From Squalus acanthias (lineage: Eukaryota): a stretch of DNA of 64,000 nucleotides. The translations under genes and the position numbers were made by a program. The notes beneath the pieces are model-generated. The model was not told the origin of the DNA, made no database searches, and worked only from the letters and a program-made list of their open reading frames with translations. Shown piece by piece: positions 24,096 to 36,500 of this stretch. Numbering within the stretch: the first letter of the stretch is position 1; each line of letters starts with the position of its first letter. The DNA is taken from the NCBI GenBank assembly GCA_030390025.1, contig JASTWF010000035.1, forward strand, positions 3,162,001 to 3,226,000. Direction: 5' to 3'.

Positions 24096-25060
24096 TATAT
24101 GCTTTCCTAACCACTCTCTCAATATGTCCTGCCACCTTCAGGGACCTATGCACATTAACTCCCAGGTCCCACTGTCCCTGCACACTCTTTAAAACTGTGC
24201 CATTAAGTGTATATTGCCTCTCCCTGTTCCTTCTGCCAAAATGCAACACCTCACACTTCTCTGTATTAAATTCCATCTGTCACTTGTCTGCCCATTCTGC
24301 TAGCCTTTCTAAGTCCTGTTGCAGTCGATTGGTATCATCATCACTGTTTGCCACACCCCCAAATTTGGTGTCATCGGCAAATTTAGAAATTCTACTCTGT
24401 ATTCCAATATCCAGGTCATTTATATATATATCAAAAAAAGCAGTGGCCCCAGCACTGACCCTTGGGGAACAACACTGTCTACCATCCTCCAGTCTGAAAA
24501 ACAGCCATTTACCACAACTCGCTGTTTTCTGTCCTTAAGCCAATTCCTTATCCAAGCTGCCACTGACCCACCTATTCCATGAGCCTCAATTTTGTTAGTC
24601 AGCCTTCTATGTGGCACTTTGTCAAACACCTTCCTAATATCCATGTAGACAACATCCATTGCATTCCCTTCATCAATCCTCCCTGTTACTTCATCAAAAA
24701 ATTCAATTAGAGAGGCCATGTGAGATGGCAAGTCAAGGGGGTGGCCATGAATCTGGGTAGGGGAGTTTTTATGAAGGGAGAGATTAAGGGAGGGTAGGAT
24801 GGCAGTGAACTCAGAGGAGAGAGAGCATGATGAATTGAGATGGAGGTTAAAATCACCAAGGATGAGAAGTCACTCGGTATAAAGGCTGAGGAAGGAAAGC
24901 AGAGAAGATAATATCTCGGTGAGCAAATTGTCATGGCACTTGATGCACCGACAGTCACGGAGTATTCTCAGAATGTGGCGATTTCTGGGGTTCACAGTAT
25001 AGTCTATCTGGTATTCAGTGTACGAAGGCACATCGCATCACAATTTATTTTGAAACTCAC

Positions 25061-25226
25061 TCATGTCACAGAAGTGTTGCCAGAACGCCTCCATCCATCT
25101 GCACATCTCCTCCCGAGACTCTGAGACCAACGTGTGAGTCACCTCTTCACCCGCGTACTGATTGGTTATTGAGATGCTGTTAGTTTTTCTCTTTGTGTCT
25201 TTCTCTGTCGCTCTGATTCGTGTTTC
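25061..25226 (-). CDS. RTKN: Rhotekin exon (C-terminal half of the PH domain)
   Basis: TTTTCCAG acceptor and GTGAGT donor, 166 nt; reads ETRIRATEKDTKRKTNSISITNQYAGEEVTHTLVSESREEMCRWMEAFWQHFCDM; NQY..EVTHTL..ESRE resembles RTKN more than RTKN2 (from recall of the proteins). Confidence 0.93.
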
Positions 25227-25480
25227 CTGGAAAACACATTAATTTGATTGGCAGAGAGGGAATTGATGTCCTCGATATGAACACCTCTCTGATGGGCAGG
25301 AGTAGTCGGGTGGGGGTGGAGGGGGTATAAAAATTAAAAATTGGGGAACACATATCCAGTCTGTCGCGAATATGCCCATGTCTGTTTTTAACATATTTAA
25401 ATTGGGCTCCCACAGTGCAATTGAGAGCCTGCTTTAAAACTCACTGCTTCTGCTGGGTTTCTCAGGGCTCAGGAACCCTG

Positions 25481-26500
25481 CAGAGAGAGGGAGGCAGGAG
25501 AGGGAGGTGGGAGAGGGAGGTGGGAGAGGGAGGTGGGAGAGGGAGGCAGGAGAGGGAGGCGGGAGAGGGAGGCAACAGAGGGAGGTGAGAGAGGGAGGCA
25601 GCAGAGGGAGGTGAGAGAGGGAGGCAGGAGAGGGAGGTGGGAGAGGGAGGTGGGAGAGGGAAGCAGCAGAGGGAGGTGGGAGAGGGAGGCAGCAGAGGGA
25701 GGTGAGAGAGGGAGGCAGGAGAGGGAGGTGGGAGAGGGAGGTGGGAGAGGGAAGCAGCAGAGGGAGGTGGGAGAGGGAGGCAGCAGAGGGAGGTGAGAGA
25801 GGGAGGCAGGAGAGGGAGGTGGGAGAGGGAGGTGGGAGAGGGAGGCAGGAGAGGGAGGTGAGAGAGGGAGGTGGGAGAGGGAGGCAGGAGAGGGAGGTGG
25901 GAGAGGGAGGTGGGAGAGGGAGGCAGGAGAGGGAGGTGGGAGAGGGAGGCAGGAGAGGGAGGTGGGAGAGGGAGGTGGGAGAGGGAAGCAGCAGAGGGAG
26001 GTGGGAGAGGGAGGCAGCAGAGGGAGGTGAGAGAGGGAGGCAGGAGAGGGAGGTGGGAGAGGGAGGTGGGAGAGGGAGGCAGGAGAGGGAGGTGAGAGAG
26101 GGAGGTGGGAGAGGGAGGCAGGAGAGGGAGGTGGGAGAGGGAGGTGGGAGAGGGAGGCAGGAGAGGGAGGTGAGAGAGGGAGGCAGCAGAGGGAGGTGAG
26201 AGAGGGAGGCAGGAGAGGGAGGTGGGAGAGGGAGGTGGGAGAGGGAAGCAGCAGAGGGAGGTGGGAGAGGGAGGCAGCAGAGGGAGGTGAGAGAGGGAGG
26301 CAGGAGAGGGAGGTGGGAGAGGGAGGTGGGAGAGGGAAGCAGCAGAGGGAGGTGGGAGAGGGAGGCAGCAGAGGGAGGTGAGAGAGGGAGGCAGGAGAGG
26401 GAGGTGGGAGAGGCAGGTGGGAGAGGGAAGCAGCAGAGGGAGGTGGGAGAGGGAGGCAGCAGAGGGAGGTGAGAGAGGGAGGCAGGAGAGGGAGGTGGGA
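25481..26500. repeat. 13-bp purine-rich minisatellite (GAGAGGGAGGTGG and variants) with a 91-bp higher-order period
   Basis: Direct inspection; similar ORF starts at 26196, 26287, 26378 and 26469 are spaced 91 bp (7 x 13). Confidence 0.97.
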
Positions 26501-26877
26501 GCTGCCATCTGCACGAGGGAGGCCCCTTTCCAGCACTGCTTCTGGGCCGGAAGAGACCCCGGCCCCTGTGCCGATCACGGCCTCTCTCAGGTCCCCCCTC
26601 CCCCCAACACCCGATCTTTTGCTCCCTCCACCCCTCCCGATTGCTGAGCTCCAACCCCCCCAAAAAATCTCCAATCTTTCTCAATTGCCAGGGATCATGT
26701 CCAGGGGTCACTGGCTGCACTTCCTACCACTCTGACCGGGCGGGAAACGGAAGTATTAAAAAAAAAATGAGGTCTTGCCGTTAAATTCTACAGGAACTCC
26801 GCGTTTCCAGCCTTGCCGGGTTTCCCCCGCACCCTCTTCCTCCCCAGCACCCTCCCCCGGCAACCACACCCCGTTGC

Positions 26878-27259
26878 GTTCTGTGGGGAGGGGAACCTGT
26901 ACAAGATGGACGGGTTGCACCTGAACAAAGCCGAGAGCAATGTTCTCGCTGAGAGGTTAACTAGTACTGTTGGGGAGGGTTTAAACTAATTTGCCAGGGG
27001 GAGGGGAACCAGAAAATAGCAGAAAGGAGCAGGAATGAGACCAGAGGACAGAGAGATATAAACAGCAGTAAAATTAGAAATATCCCAAATTGCAGGGACC
27101 AGATTGAGGAAAATAGCAAAAGTGCGAAGGAGGTAATACACTGTGTGTACGTCAATGTCTGTAGTGTAACTAATAAGGTTGGTGAGCTGCAGGCACAAAG
27201 TGCGACATGGGATTATGATGTGGCTGCATTAACAGAGACATGGCTCTTAATATTCCTGG
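26878..27259 (+). mobile_element. Old CR1 host element, first piece (continues at about 30687-30708, 31690-31981, 41250-41956, 42084-42290)
   Basis: ORF1 end (DGLHLN) and endonuclease start; LNIPG|YQVFR|DREGK rejoins across the insertions. Confidence 0.75.
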
Positions 27260-30200
27260 TGCAGAACATTCTGGAAGGGGAGGGGGAACAGCCAGTTGTC
27301 GTGATACATGTTGGTACCAACGACGTAGCTAAAAAAAGGGAAGAGGTCCTACAAGTAGAATTTAGGGAGTTAGGAGCCAAGCTAAAAAGTAGGACCTCGA
27401 AGGTAGTAATCTCTGGATTACTACCAGTGCCACGTGCTAGTAAGAGTACAGAGAACAGGATAGTTAGGCTAAATACGTGGCTTGAGCAGTGGTGTAAGAG
27501 GGAGGGTTTAAAATTTTTGAGGCATTGGAACCAGTTTTGTGGTAGGTGTGACCTATACAAAAGGGACGGTCTACACCTGTGCAAAGATGGAACTGATGTT
27601 CTCGGGGTAATTTTTGATAAAGCAGTTCGGGAGCATTTAAACTAGTATGGCAGGGGGCTAGAAACCTATGTAGTGAAATAGAGGAAAGTGAAAGGCAGAC
27701 AGAAATAAATGGTAAAAGGGTGAGGAACAAAAAACAAAGGGCCAAACTAATTCATAAAAAATGTGAGCATAAAAAAAGCCTGAGGGTTTTATACCTTAAT
27801 GCGAGAAGCATCAGGAACAAGGTAGATGAATTAGCTGTGGAAATAGAGGTTAATAATTATGATCTAATTGGGATTACGGAAACATGGTTGCAGGGTGAGC
27901 AGGGCTGGGAGCTTAACATACAGGGGTATTCAGTATTTAGGAAGGATCGACAAAAAAGAAAGGGAGGAGGGGTAGCATTGCTGGTAAAAGAGGGGATAAA
28001 TGCAATTGAAAGGAAGGATATTAACTCAGTTAATACAGAATCTATATGGGTGGAGCTAAGAAATAGCGAGGGGCGAAAAACATTAATAGGAGTGGTATAT
28101 AGGTCTCCAAATAGTAAAATAGAGGTTGGGGAGGGCATCACGAGGGAAATTAGAGAAGCGTGCAATAAGAGCACAGCTGTCATCATAGGTGACTTTAACT
28201 TACATATAGATTGGACTAGCCTAATCAGTAAAAATAATGAATAGGAGGAATTCCTTGAGTGTTTAAGGGATGGTTATCTGGATCAATATGTCGAGGAACC
28301 AACTCGGGAACAGGCTATATTGGACTGGGTACTGTGCAATGAGAAGGGACTAATTAGTAATCTTGTTGTACGGGGACCCTTGGGTCAGAGCGATCATAAC
28401 ATGATAAATTTCTCACTCGAAATGGAGAGCGAAGAAATTGACTCAGAGACTAAGGTCCTGAATTTAAACAAGGGGAATTATGATGCCATTAGACGGGAAC
28501 TGAGTAGGTCTGATTGGACAACGTTCCTGGGAGGACTGGAGGTAGATAAACAATGGCAAGCATTTAAAGATAGAATGACAAAATTGCAAAAATTGTTTAT
28601 ACCAATCTGGCATAAAAGGAAATCTAAAAAGGTGACTCAACCGTGGATAACAGGGGAAATTAGAGACAGCATAAAATCCAAAGATAGGGCGTATAAAATA
28701 GCCAAAAAAAGCGCCAGAGCGGAAGATTGGGAACAGTTTAAGATAGAGCAAAGGAGGACAAAGGGCTTAATCAAGAGGGGCAAAATAGCTTACGAAAGCA
28801 AGCTGGCGGAAAATATAAAAACTAACTCCAAAAGCTTTTATAAGTACATCAAGAGGAAAAGACTGGTGAAAACCAAAGTTGGCCCATTGCAGTCAGATAC
28901 GGGGGAATATATAACGGGAAATAAGGAAATGGCAGACCAACTAAATGCATACTTTGGGTCAGTCTTTACGAAGGAAGACACAAAAAACCTCCCTGGGATA
29001 TCGGGAAAAATAGGGACATTGGCAAAGGAGGAACTGACGCAAGTCAATATCTCTAAGGATATGGTGTTAAGGAAGCTAAAGGGATTGAAGGCGGACAAAT
29101 CCCCAGGGCCTGATAACATGCATCCTAGGGTACTGAAGGAGGTGGCCCTAGAGATAGCGGATGCACTAAGTATGATTTTTCAGAATTCATTAGACTCGGG
29201 AACAGTGCCCATGGATTGGAGGGTAGCTAACGTTACCCCACTATTCAAAAAGGGGGGTAGGGAAAAAGCAGGTAATTACAGACCTGTAAGCCTTACATCA
29301 GTTGTGGGCAAAATGCTGGAGTCCATCATTAAGGATGAAATAGCGGAGCACTTAGCAAATGGAGACAGGATAGGACAGAGTCAACATGGATTTACAAAGG
29401 GTAAATCGTGCTTGACTAATCTATTGGAATTTTTTGAGGGAGTAACTGGTAAAATAGATGGGGGAGAGCCAGTAGATGTGGTGTACCTGGACTTCCAAAA
29501 GGCCTTCGACAAGGTCCCACATAAAAGATTAGCATGGAAAATTGAAGCTCATGGGATAAAGGGGAAAGTATTGACGTGGATAGAGAACTGGCTGTCAGAT
29601 AGAAAACAGAGAGTTGGAATAAACGGCTCATTTTCTGAATGGCAGGCAGTAACAAGTGGGGTACCACAGGGATCTGTCCTGGGTCCCCAGCTGTTCACAA
29701 TTTACATTAATGACCTGGATCAGGGAGTCGGATGCAGCATTTCCAAATTTGCAGACGACACTAAACTAGGAGGGGGGGTGGGCTCAGAGGAGGAGACCAG
29801 GAAGCTCCAGAGCGATTTGGACAGACTGGGTGATTGGGCGGATAAATGGCAAATGCACTATAATGTGGACAAGTGCGAAGTTATCCACCTTGGGTGCAGG
29901 AACGGGAGGGCAAATTATTATTTAAATGGCAATAAATTGGGAGAGGGGGAAGTACAGAGAGACCTGGGTGTTCTTGTACACCAGTCACTGAAGGCGAGCA
30001 TGCAGGTGCAACAGGCGGTCAAGAAGGCAAACGGTATGCTGGCCTTCATAGCAAAAGGGTTGGAATACAGGAACAGGGATACCTTGCTGCAGCTGTACAG
30101 GGCACTGGTGAGACCATACCTCGAGTACTGTGTACAGTTTTGGTCGCCTCATCTGAGGAAAGATGTTCTTGCCATGGAGGGGGTGCAGCGGCGATTCACC

Positions 30201-30686
30201 AGGCTGATACCAGGAATGGCGGGATTGACCTATGAGGAGAGACTATGTAGTTTAGGGATGTACACACTGGAGTTTAGAAGATTGAGAGGGGACCTCATAG
30301 AAGTGTATAAAATTCTGACAGGTCTAGACAGACTAGATGCAGAAGGAATGTTTCCCTTGGCGGGTGAGAACAGAACTAGAGGACATAATTTAAGGATAAG
30401 GGCTAAACCATTTAGGACAGAAATGAGGGGGAATTTTTTCACTCAGAGGGTGGTGAACCTGTGGAACTCATTGCCACAGAGGGCAGTGTACGCCAGCTCA
30501 TTAAATATATTTAAGAGGGAATTAGATATATTTCTACAGGCAAAAGGGGTTAAGGGTTACGGAGAGAAGGCGGGGACGGGATACTGAATTGGAGGATCAG
30601 CCATGATCTCATTAAATGGCGGAGCAGGCTCGAAGGGCCGGATGGCCTACTCCTGCTCCTATCTTCTATGTATCTATGTATCTATG
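27260..30686 (+). mobile_element. Near full-length CR1 (partial ORF1 esterase; ORF2 with a single nonsense codon)
   Basis: ORFs 27720..28244 and 28320..30587 share a frame, separated by TAG at 28242-28244; (TATGTATC)n tail. Confidence 0.95.
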
Positions 30687-30708
30687 TTACCAAGTATTCA
30701 GGAATAGA

Positions 30709-31688
30709 ACATAGATAGAACAGTACAGCACAGTACAGGCCCTTCGGCCCTCGATGTTGTGCCGAGCATTGTCCGAGACCAAGATCAAGCTATCACACTC
30801 CCTATCACTCTGGTGTGCTCCATGTGCTTATCCAATAACCGCTTGAAAGTTCCTAAAGTGTCCGACTCCACTATCACAGCAGGCAGTCCATTCCACACCC
30901 CAACCACTCTCTGAGTAAAGAATCTACCTCGGACATCCCTTCTATATCTCCCCCCATGCACCTTATAGTTATGCCCCCTTGTAACAGCTGCCTCTACCCG
31001 AGGAAATAGTCTCTGAACATCCACTCTATCTATCCCCCTCATCATCTTATAAACCTCTATTAAGTCGCCTCTCATCCTCCTCCGCTCTAAAGAGAAAAGC
31101 CCCAACTCCCTCAATCTTTCCTCATAAGACCTCCCCCCCAAACTAGGCAGCATCCTGGTAAATCTCCTTTGCACTCTTTCCAATGCTTCTACGTCCTTCC
31201 TATAGTGAGGTGACCAGAACTGCACACAATATTCCAAATGTGGTCTCACCAAGGTCCTGTACAGTTGCAGCATAACCTCACGGTTCTTAAACTCAAACCC
31301 TCTGTTAATAAACGCTAACACACCATAGGCCTTCTTTACTGCTCTATCCACTTGAGTGGCAACCTTCAGAGATCTGTGGATATGAACCCCCAGATCCCTC
31401 TGCTCCTCCACGTTCCTCAGAACCCTGCCGTTGACCCTGTAATCCTTATTCAAATTTGCCCTACCAAAATGAATCACCTCGCACTTATCAGGGTTAAATT
31501 CCATCTGCCATTTTTCGGCCCAGCTCTGCATCCTATCAATGTCTCTTTGCAGCCTACAACTGCCCTCCACCTCATCCACTACTCCACCAATCTTGGTGTC
31601 ATCAGCAAATTTACTGATCCACCCTTCAGTCCCCTCCTCCAAGTCATTGATAAAAATCACAAACAGCAGAGGACCCAGCACCGACCCC
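30709..31688 (-). mobile_element. 5'-truncated CR1 of a different subfamily
   Basis: Open ORF 30785..31681. Confidence 0.92.
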
Positions 31689-31990
31689 GATGATAGAGAA
31701 GGAAAAAGGGGAGGGGGCGTGGCAGCATTGATTTAGGATATTACAGGATTTACGAGATGGTTCTGGGACTGAATCTATTTGACTTGAGTTGAGGAACAGA
31801 GGAACAGAGGGGGAGCTGTTACATTGCTGGGAGTTCTTTTCATTGAGCTCCAAAGAGTGAGAAGGAGATAGGTGAGCAAATTTGTCAGCAAATTTCAAAG
31901 GCATGTAACAAAAATAGAGTAGTAATATTTGGAGACTTTAATTGCCCTAATATAGACTGAAGAAAACATCGTGCTAAGGGTACATAAGAA

Positions 31991-32368
31991 CAGCAGCGGC
32001 GGTGCGGACTTAGGAGGAGCGGCGGCAGCAGAGGATAAAAGCGAGCCCTGGGAGCAGGTAGGTCCACAGCAGCGGCGGTGCGGACCTAGGAGGAGCGGCG
32101 GCGGCAGAGGATAAAAGCGAGCCCTGGGAGCAGGTAGGTCCACAGCAGCGGCGGTGCGGACCTAGGAGGAGCGGCGGCGGCAGAGGATAAAAGCGAGCCA
32201 GAGGAGCAGGTAGGCCTACAGCAGCGGCGGTGCGGACCTAGGAGGAGCGGCGGCGGCAGAGGATAAAAGCGAGCTCGAGGAGCAGGTAGATCCACAGCAG
32301 CGGCGGTGCGGACCTAGGAGGAGCGGTGGCGGCAGAGGATAAAAGCGAGCCAGAGGAGCAGGTAGGTT
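31991..32368 (+). repeat. Five GC-rich 76-bp tandem monomers at the CR1 5' end
   Basis: CAGCAGCGGCGGTGCGGAC... units starting at about 31991, 32067, 32143, 32219 and 32295. Confidence 0.92.
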
Positions 32369-32628
32369 TACCAATCTCAGAGCGGGAGACAGAAGTAAAA
32401 AGTAATCGACGTGTGACGTCACCAGAAAGCAGGCAAGTGATTGGTTGGTGAGTATTTCTCTCTTTCTCCTTTTTCCATACTTAAATTCTGTGGTTTATAG
32501 TTTCTAGAGTCTCTGTGGTGTAGCGGGGACTGCTGTTAAACAAGGGCCCTTGAGTATATCATTTAATTGAAGTGAAATTGGTGGGATTCATTTAATTTAA
32601 TTTTAATTAATTAATTAAAGAGTAAGTC

Positions 32629-33579
32629 ATGGCAGGAGAGCTCCGCCCCGTGATATGCTCCTCCTGCTATATGTGGGAAATCAGGGACGCTTCCTGTGTC
32701 CCTGACGACCATGTGTGTGGGAAGTGTATCCAGCTGCAGCTACTGATGGACCGCATTGCGGCGCTGGAGCTGCAGATGGTTGCATATTGGAGCATTCGCG
32801 ACGCTGAGAACGTCGTGCATAGCACGTTTAGCGAGTTGGTCACACCGCAGGTAAAGGGTGTACAGGCAGGAAGTGAATGGGTGACCACCAGGCAGAGTAA
32901 GAGGTGCAGGCAGGTAGTTCAGGGGTCCCCTGTGGCCATCCCCCTCTCAAACAGATATACCACTTTGGATGCTGTTGGGGGGGATGACTTATCAGGGGAA
33001 GGCAGCAGCAGCCAATTTCCTGGCACCATGGGTGGCTCTGCTGCACAGGCTGGGAGGAAAAAGTGTGGAAGAGCTATAGTGATAGGGGATTCAATTGTAA
33101 GGGGAATAGATAGGCATATCTGCGGCTGCAAACGAGACCCCAGGATGGTGTGTTGCCTCCCTGGTGCAAGGGTCAAGGACGTCTCGGAGCGGCTACAGAA
33201 CATTTTGGAGGGGGAGGGCGAACAGCCAGTTGTCGTGGTGCACATAGGCATCGACGATATAGGTAAAAAACGGGATGAGGTCCTAAAAGCAGAATATAGG
33301 GAGTTAGGAGGTAAATTAAAAAATAGGACCTCAAAGGTAGTAATCTCAGGATTGCTACCAGTGCCACGTGCTAGTCAGAGTAGAAATAGGAGGATATTTC
33401 AAATGAATACGTGGCTAGAGGAATGGTGCAAGGGGGAGGGATTCAAATTCCTTGGATATTGGAACCGGTTCTGGGGGAGGTGGGACCAGTACAAACGGGA
33501 CGGTCTGCACCTGGGCAGAGCCGGGACCGATGTCCTAGGGGGAGTGTTTGCTAGTGCTGTTGAGGAGGGCTTAAACTAA
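32629..33579 (+). CDS. CR1 ORF1p (zinc finger/leucine zipper plus SGNH esterase)
   Basis: CxxC...CxxC, GDSIVRG and DGLHL motifs; 316 aa open. Confidence 0.92.
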   Translation: MAGELRPVICSSCYMWEIRDASCVPDDHVCGKCIQLQLLMDRIAALELQMVAYWSIRDAENVVHSTFSELVTPQVKGVQAGSEWVTTRQSKRCRQVVQGSPVAIPLSNRYTTLDAVGGDDLSGEGSSSQFPGTMGGSAAQAGRKKCGRAIVIGDSIVRGIDRHICGCKRDPRMVCCLPGARVKDVSERLQNILEGEGEQPVVVVHIGIDDIGKKRDEVLKAEYRELGGKLKNRTSKVVISGLLPVPRASQSRNRRIFQMNTWLEEWCKGEGFKFLGYWNRFWGRWDQYKRDGLHLGRAGTDVLGGVFASAVEEGLN

Positions 33580-36500
33580 AGTGGCAGGGGGTTGGGAAGC
33601 TGAGCAGGGAGACGGAGGAAAGGGAAACAAGGATAAAAGCAAAAGACAGGAAGGAGAAAAACAAAAGTAGAAGGCAAAGAACTCAACGGTTTAAATCAAA
33701 CATGGTCACAGTAAACAATAATTCATATAGGTCTGAGAGCGTTAAAAAAACAAGCCTGAAGGCTTTGTGTCTTAATGCAAGGAGCATTCGGAACAAGATG
33801 GATGAATTAGCTGCGCAAATAGAGGTAAATGAACACGATTTGATTGGGATTACAGAAACATGGCTCCAGGGTGGCCAAGGCTGGGAACTCAACATCCAGG
33901 GTTATTCAATATTTAGGTAAGATAGGCAAAAAAGAAAGGGAGGTGGGGTAGCATTGCTGGTTAAAGAGGGGATTAACACAATTGAAAGGAAAGATATTAG
34001 CTCTGATGATGCGGAATCTGTATGGGTAGAACTGAGAAATAACAAGGGGCAGAAAATGTTAGTGGGAGTGGTATATAGACCTCCAAACAGTAATACGGAG
34101 GTTGGGGACGGCATTAAAAGGGAAATTAGAGAAGCATGCAGTAAGGGCACAGCAGTCATCATGGGTGACTTTAATTTACATATAGATTGGGCTAACCAAA
34201 TTAGTAAAAATAATGTGGAGGAGGAATTCCGAGAATGTTTACGGGATGGTTTTCTGGAACAATATGTCGAGGAACCAACCAGAGATCAGGCCATCTTAGA
34301 CTGGGTATTATGTAACGAGAAAGGATTAATTAGCAATCTTGTTGTACGAGGCCCCTTGGGTCAGAGTGATCATCATATGATAGAATTCTTCATTAGGATG
34401 GAGAGTGAAGTAGTTGAATCAGAGATTAGGGTCCTGAATTTAAATAAAGGAAACTACAATGGTATGAGGCGCGAATTGGGTAGGATTGATTGGGGAATGT
34501 CACTCAAAAGGTTGACGGTGGATAGGCAATGGCAAACATTCAAAGACTGCATGGATGAACTACAGAATTTGTTCATCCCAGTGTGGCATAAGAATAAAAC
34601 AAAAAGGGTGACTCAACCGTGGCTAACAAGGGAAATTAGGGATAGCATAAGATCCAAGGAGAGGGCATATAAATTGGCCAGAAAAAGCGGTAACCCTGAG
34701 GATTGGGAGCAGTTTAGGATTCAACAAAGGCGGACAAAGGGATTAATTAAGAAGGGCAAAATAGAATATGAAAGTAAGCTTGCAGGGAACATAAAAACTG
34801 ACTGTAAGAGCTTTTATAGATATGTGAAGAGAAAAAGATTAGTGAAATCAAGTGTAGGTCCCTTGCAGTCAGAAGCGGGGGAAGTTATAATGGGGAACAA
34901 AGAAATGGCTTACCAATTAAATGCATATTTTGGTTCTGTCTTCACAAAGGAGGAAACAAATAACCTCCCAGAGATGTTGGAGAACATACGGTCTGATGAA
35001 AGGGAGGAACTGAAAGAAATCAGTATTTGCAGAGAAATGGTGTTAGGGAAATTGACGGGATTGAAGGCCGATAAATCCCCAGGCCTGATAATCTACATCC
35101 TAGGGTACTTAAGGAAGTGGCCCTAGAAATAGTAGATGCATTGCTGATCATCTTCCAACATTCGATGGAATCTGGAACTGTACCCATGGATTGGAGGGTA
35201 GCTAATGTTACCCCACTATTCAAAAAGGGTAGTAGAGAGAAAGCGGGGAATTACAGACCGGTAAGCCTGACATCGGTAGTGGGGAAAATGCTAGAGTCCA
35301 TTATAAAAGATGTAATAGCTGAGCACTTGAAAAACAGTGACAGGATCGGACAAAGTCAACATGGATTTACAAAAGGTAAATCGTGCTTGACTAATCTACT
35401 GGAATTTTTTGAGGATGTAACTGGGAAAATAGATAAGGGAGAACCAGTAGATGTGGTGTATTTGGACTTTCAAAAAAGGCTTTCGATAAGGTCCCGCATA
35501 AGAGATTAGCGTGTAAAGTTAAGGCACATGGGATTGGGGGCAATATATTGACTTGGATAGAGAACTGGTTGGCAGACAGAAAGCAGAGAGTAGGAATTAA
35601 TGGGTCTTTTTCCGAGTGGCAAGCAGTGACTAGTGGGGTACTGCAGGGATCGGTCCTTGGACCTCAGCTATTCACAATATATATTAATGATCTAGATAAG
35701 GGAACTAAATGTAATATCTCCAAGTTTGCAGATGACTCAAAGCTGGGTGGGAGTGTGTGCTGCGAGGAGGATACCGAGAAACTCCAGGATGATTTAGACA
35801 GGTTGGGTGAGTGGGCAGAAGCGTGGCAGATGCAATATAACGTGGATAAATGCGAAGTTATCCACTTTGGTGTCAAAAACAGAAAGGCAGACTATTATCT
35901 GAATGGCAATAGATTGGGAGAAGGGGAAGTGCAACGAGACCTGGGCGTCCTTGTGCACCAGTCGCTGAAGGTAAGCATACAGGTGCAGCAGGCGGTGAAG
36001 AAGGCAAATGGTATGTTGGCCTTCATAGCGAAAGGGTTTGAGTATAGGAACAGGGATGTCCTGCTGCAGTTGTACAGGGCCTTGGTGAGACCACACCTTG
36101 AGTACTGTGTGCAGTTTTGGTCTCCTTATCTGAGGAAGGATGTTCTTGCCATGGAGGGAGTGCAGTGAAGATTCACAAGGCTGATACCTGGGATGGCAGG
36201 AATGACATATGAGGAGAGATTGGGTCGATTGGGCTTATACTCGCTGGAGTATAGAAGAATGAGAGGGGATCTCATCGAAACATATAAAATTCTGACAGGT
36301 CTGGACAAACTAGATGCAGGAAGAATGTTCCCGATGGTCGGAGAGTCCAGAACCAGGGGTCATAATCTAAGGATAGGGGGTAAGCCATTTAGGACAGAAA
36401 TGAGGAAGAATTTCTTCACCCAGAGAGTGGTGAACCTGTGGAATTCTCTACCACAGAAGGTAGTTGAGGCCAAGTCGTTAAATATATTCAAGAATGAGTT

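Larger units (their letters stand above)
21799..24708 (-). mobile_element. CR1 (21799-22405 and 24096-24708) split by a non-autonomous DNA element
   Basis: ORFs 22119..22397 and 24420..24731; GATCCCAT|ATGCTTTC rejoins across the insertion. Confidence 0.85.

Noticed and set aside
23251..24276. 341-aa CR1 ORF with an apparently duplicated domain (similar chimeras at 39224..39907 and 43713..44534)
   Set aside because: Chance read-through across junctions of nested elements.
25481..26500. Resemblance to the human PRDM9 motif CCTCCCTNNCCAC
   Set aside because: Spacing is off by one base and PRDM9 specificity is species-specific.
25434..26720. Long Pro/Ser/Leu-rich ORFs (350-428 aa) in three frames
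   Set aside because: Artefacts of a stop-free 13-bp minisatellite.
31991..32368. CRISPR-like appearance of regular repeats (also 4453-5927 and 63785-64000)
   Set aside because: Head-to-tail tandem units without unique spacers, no cas genes, eukaryotic context.
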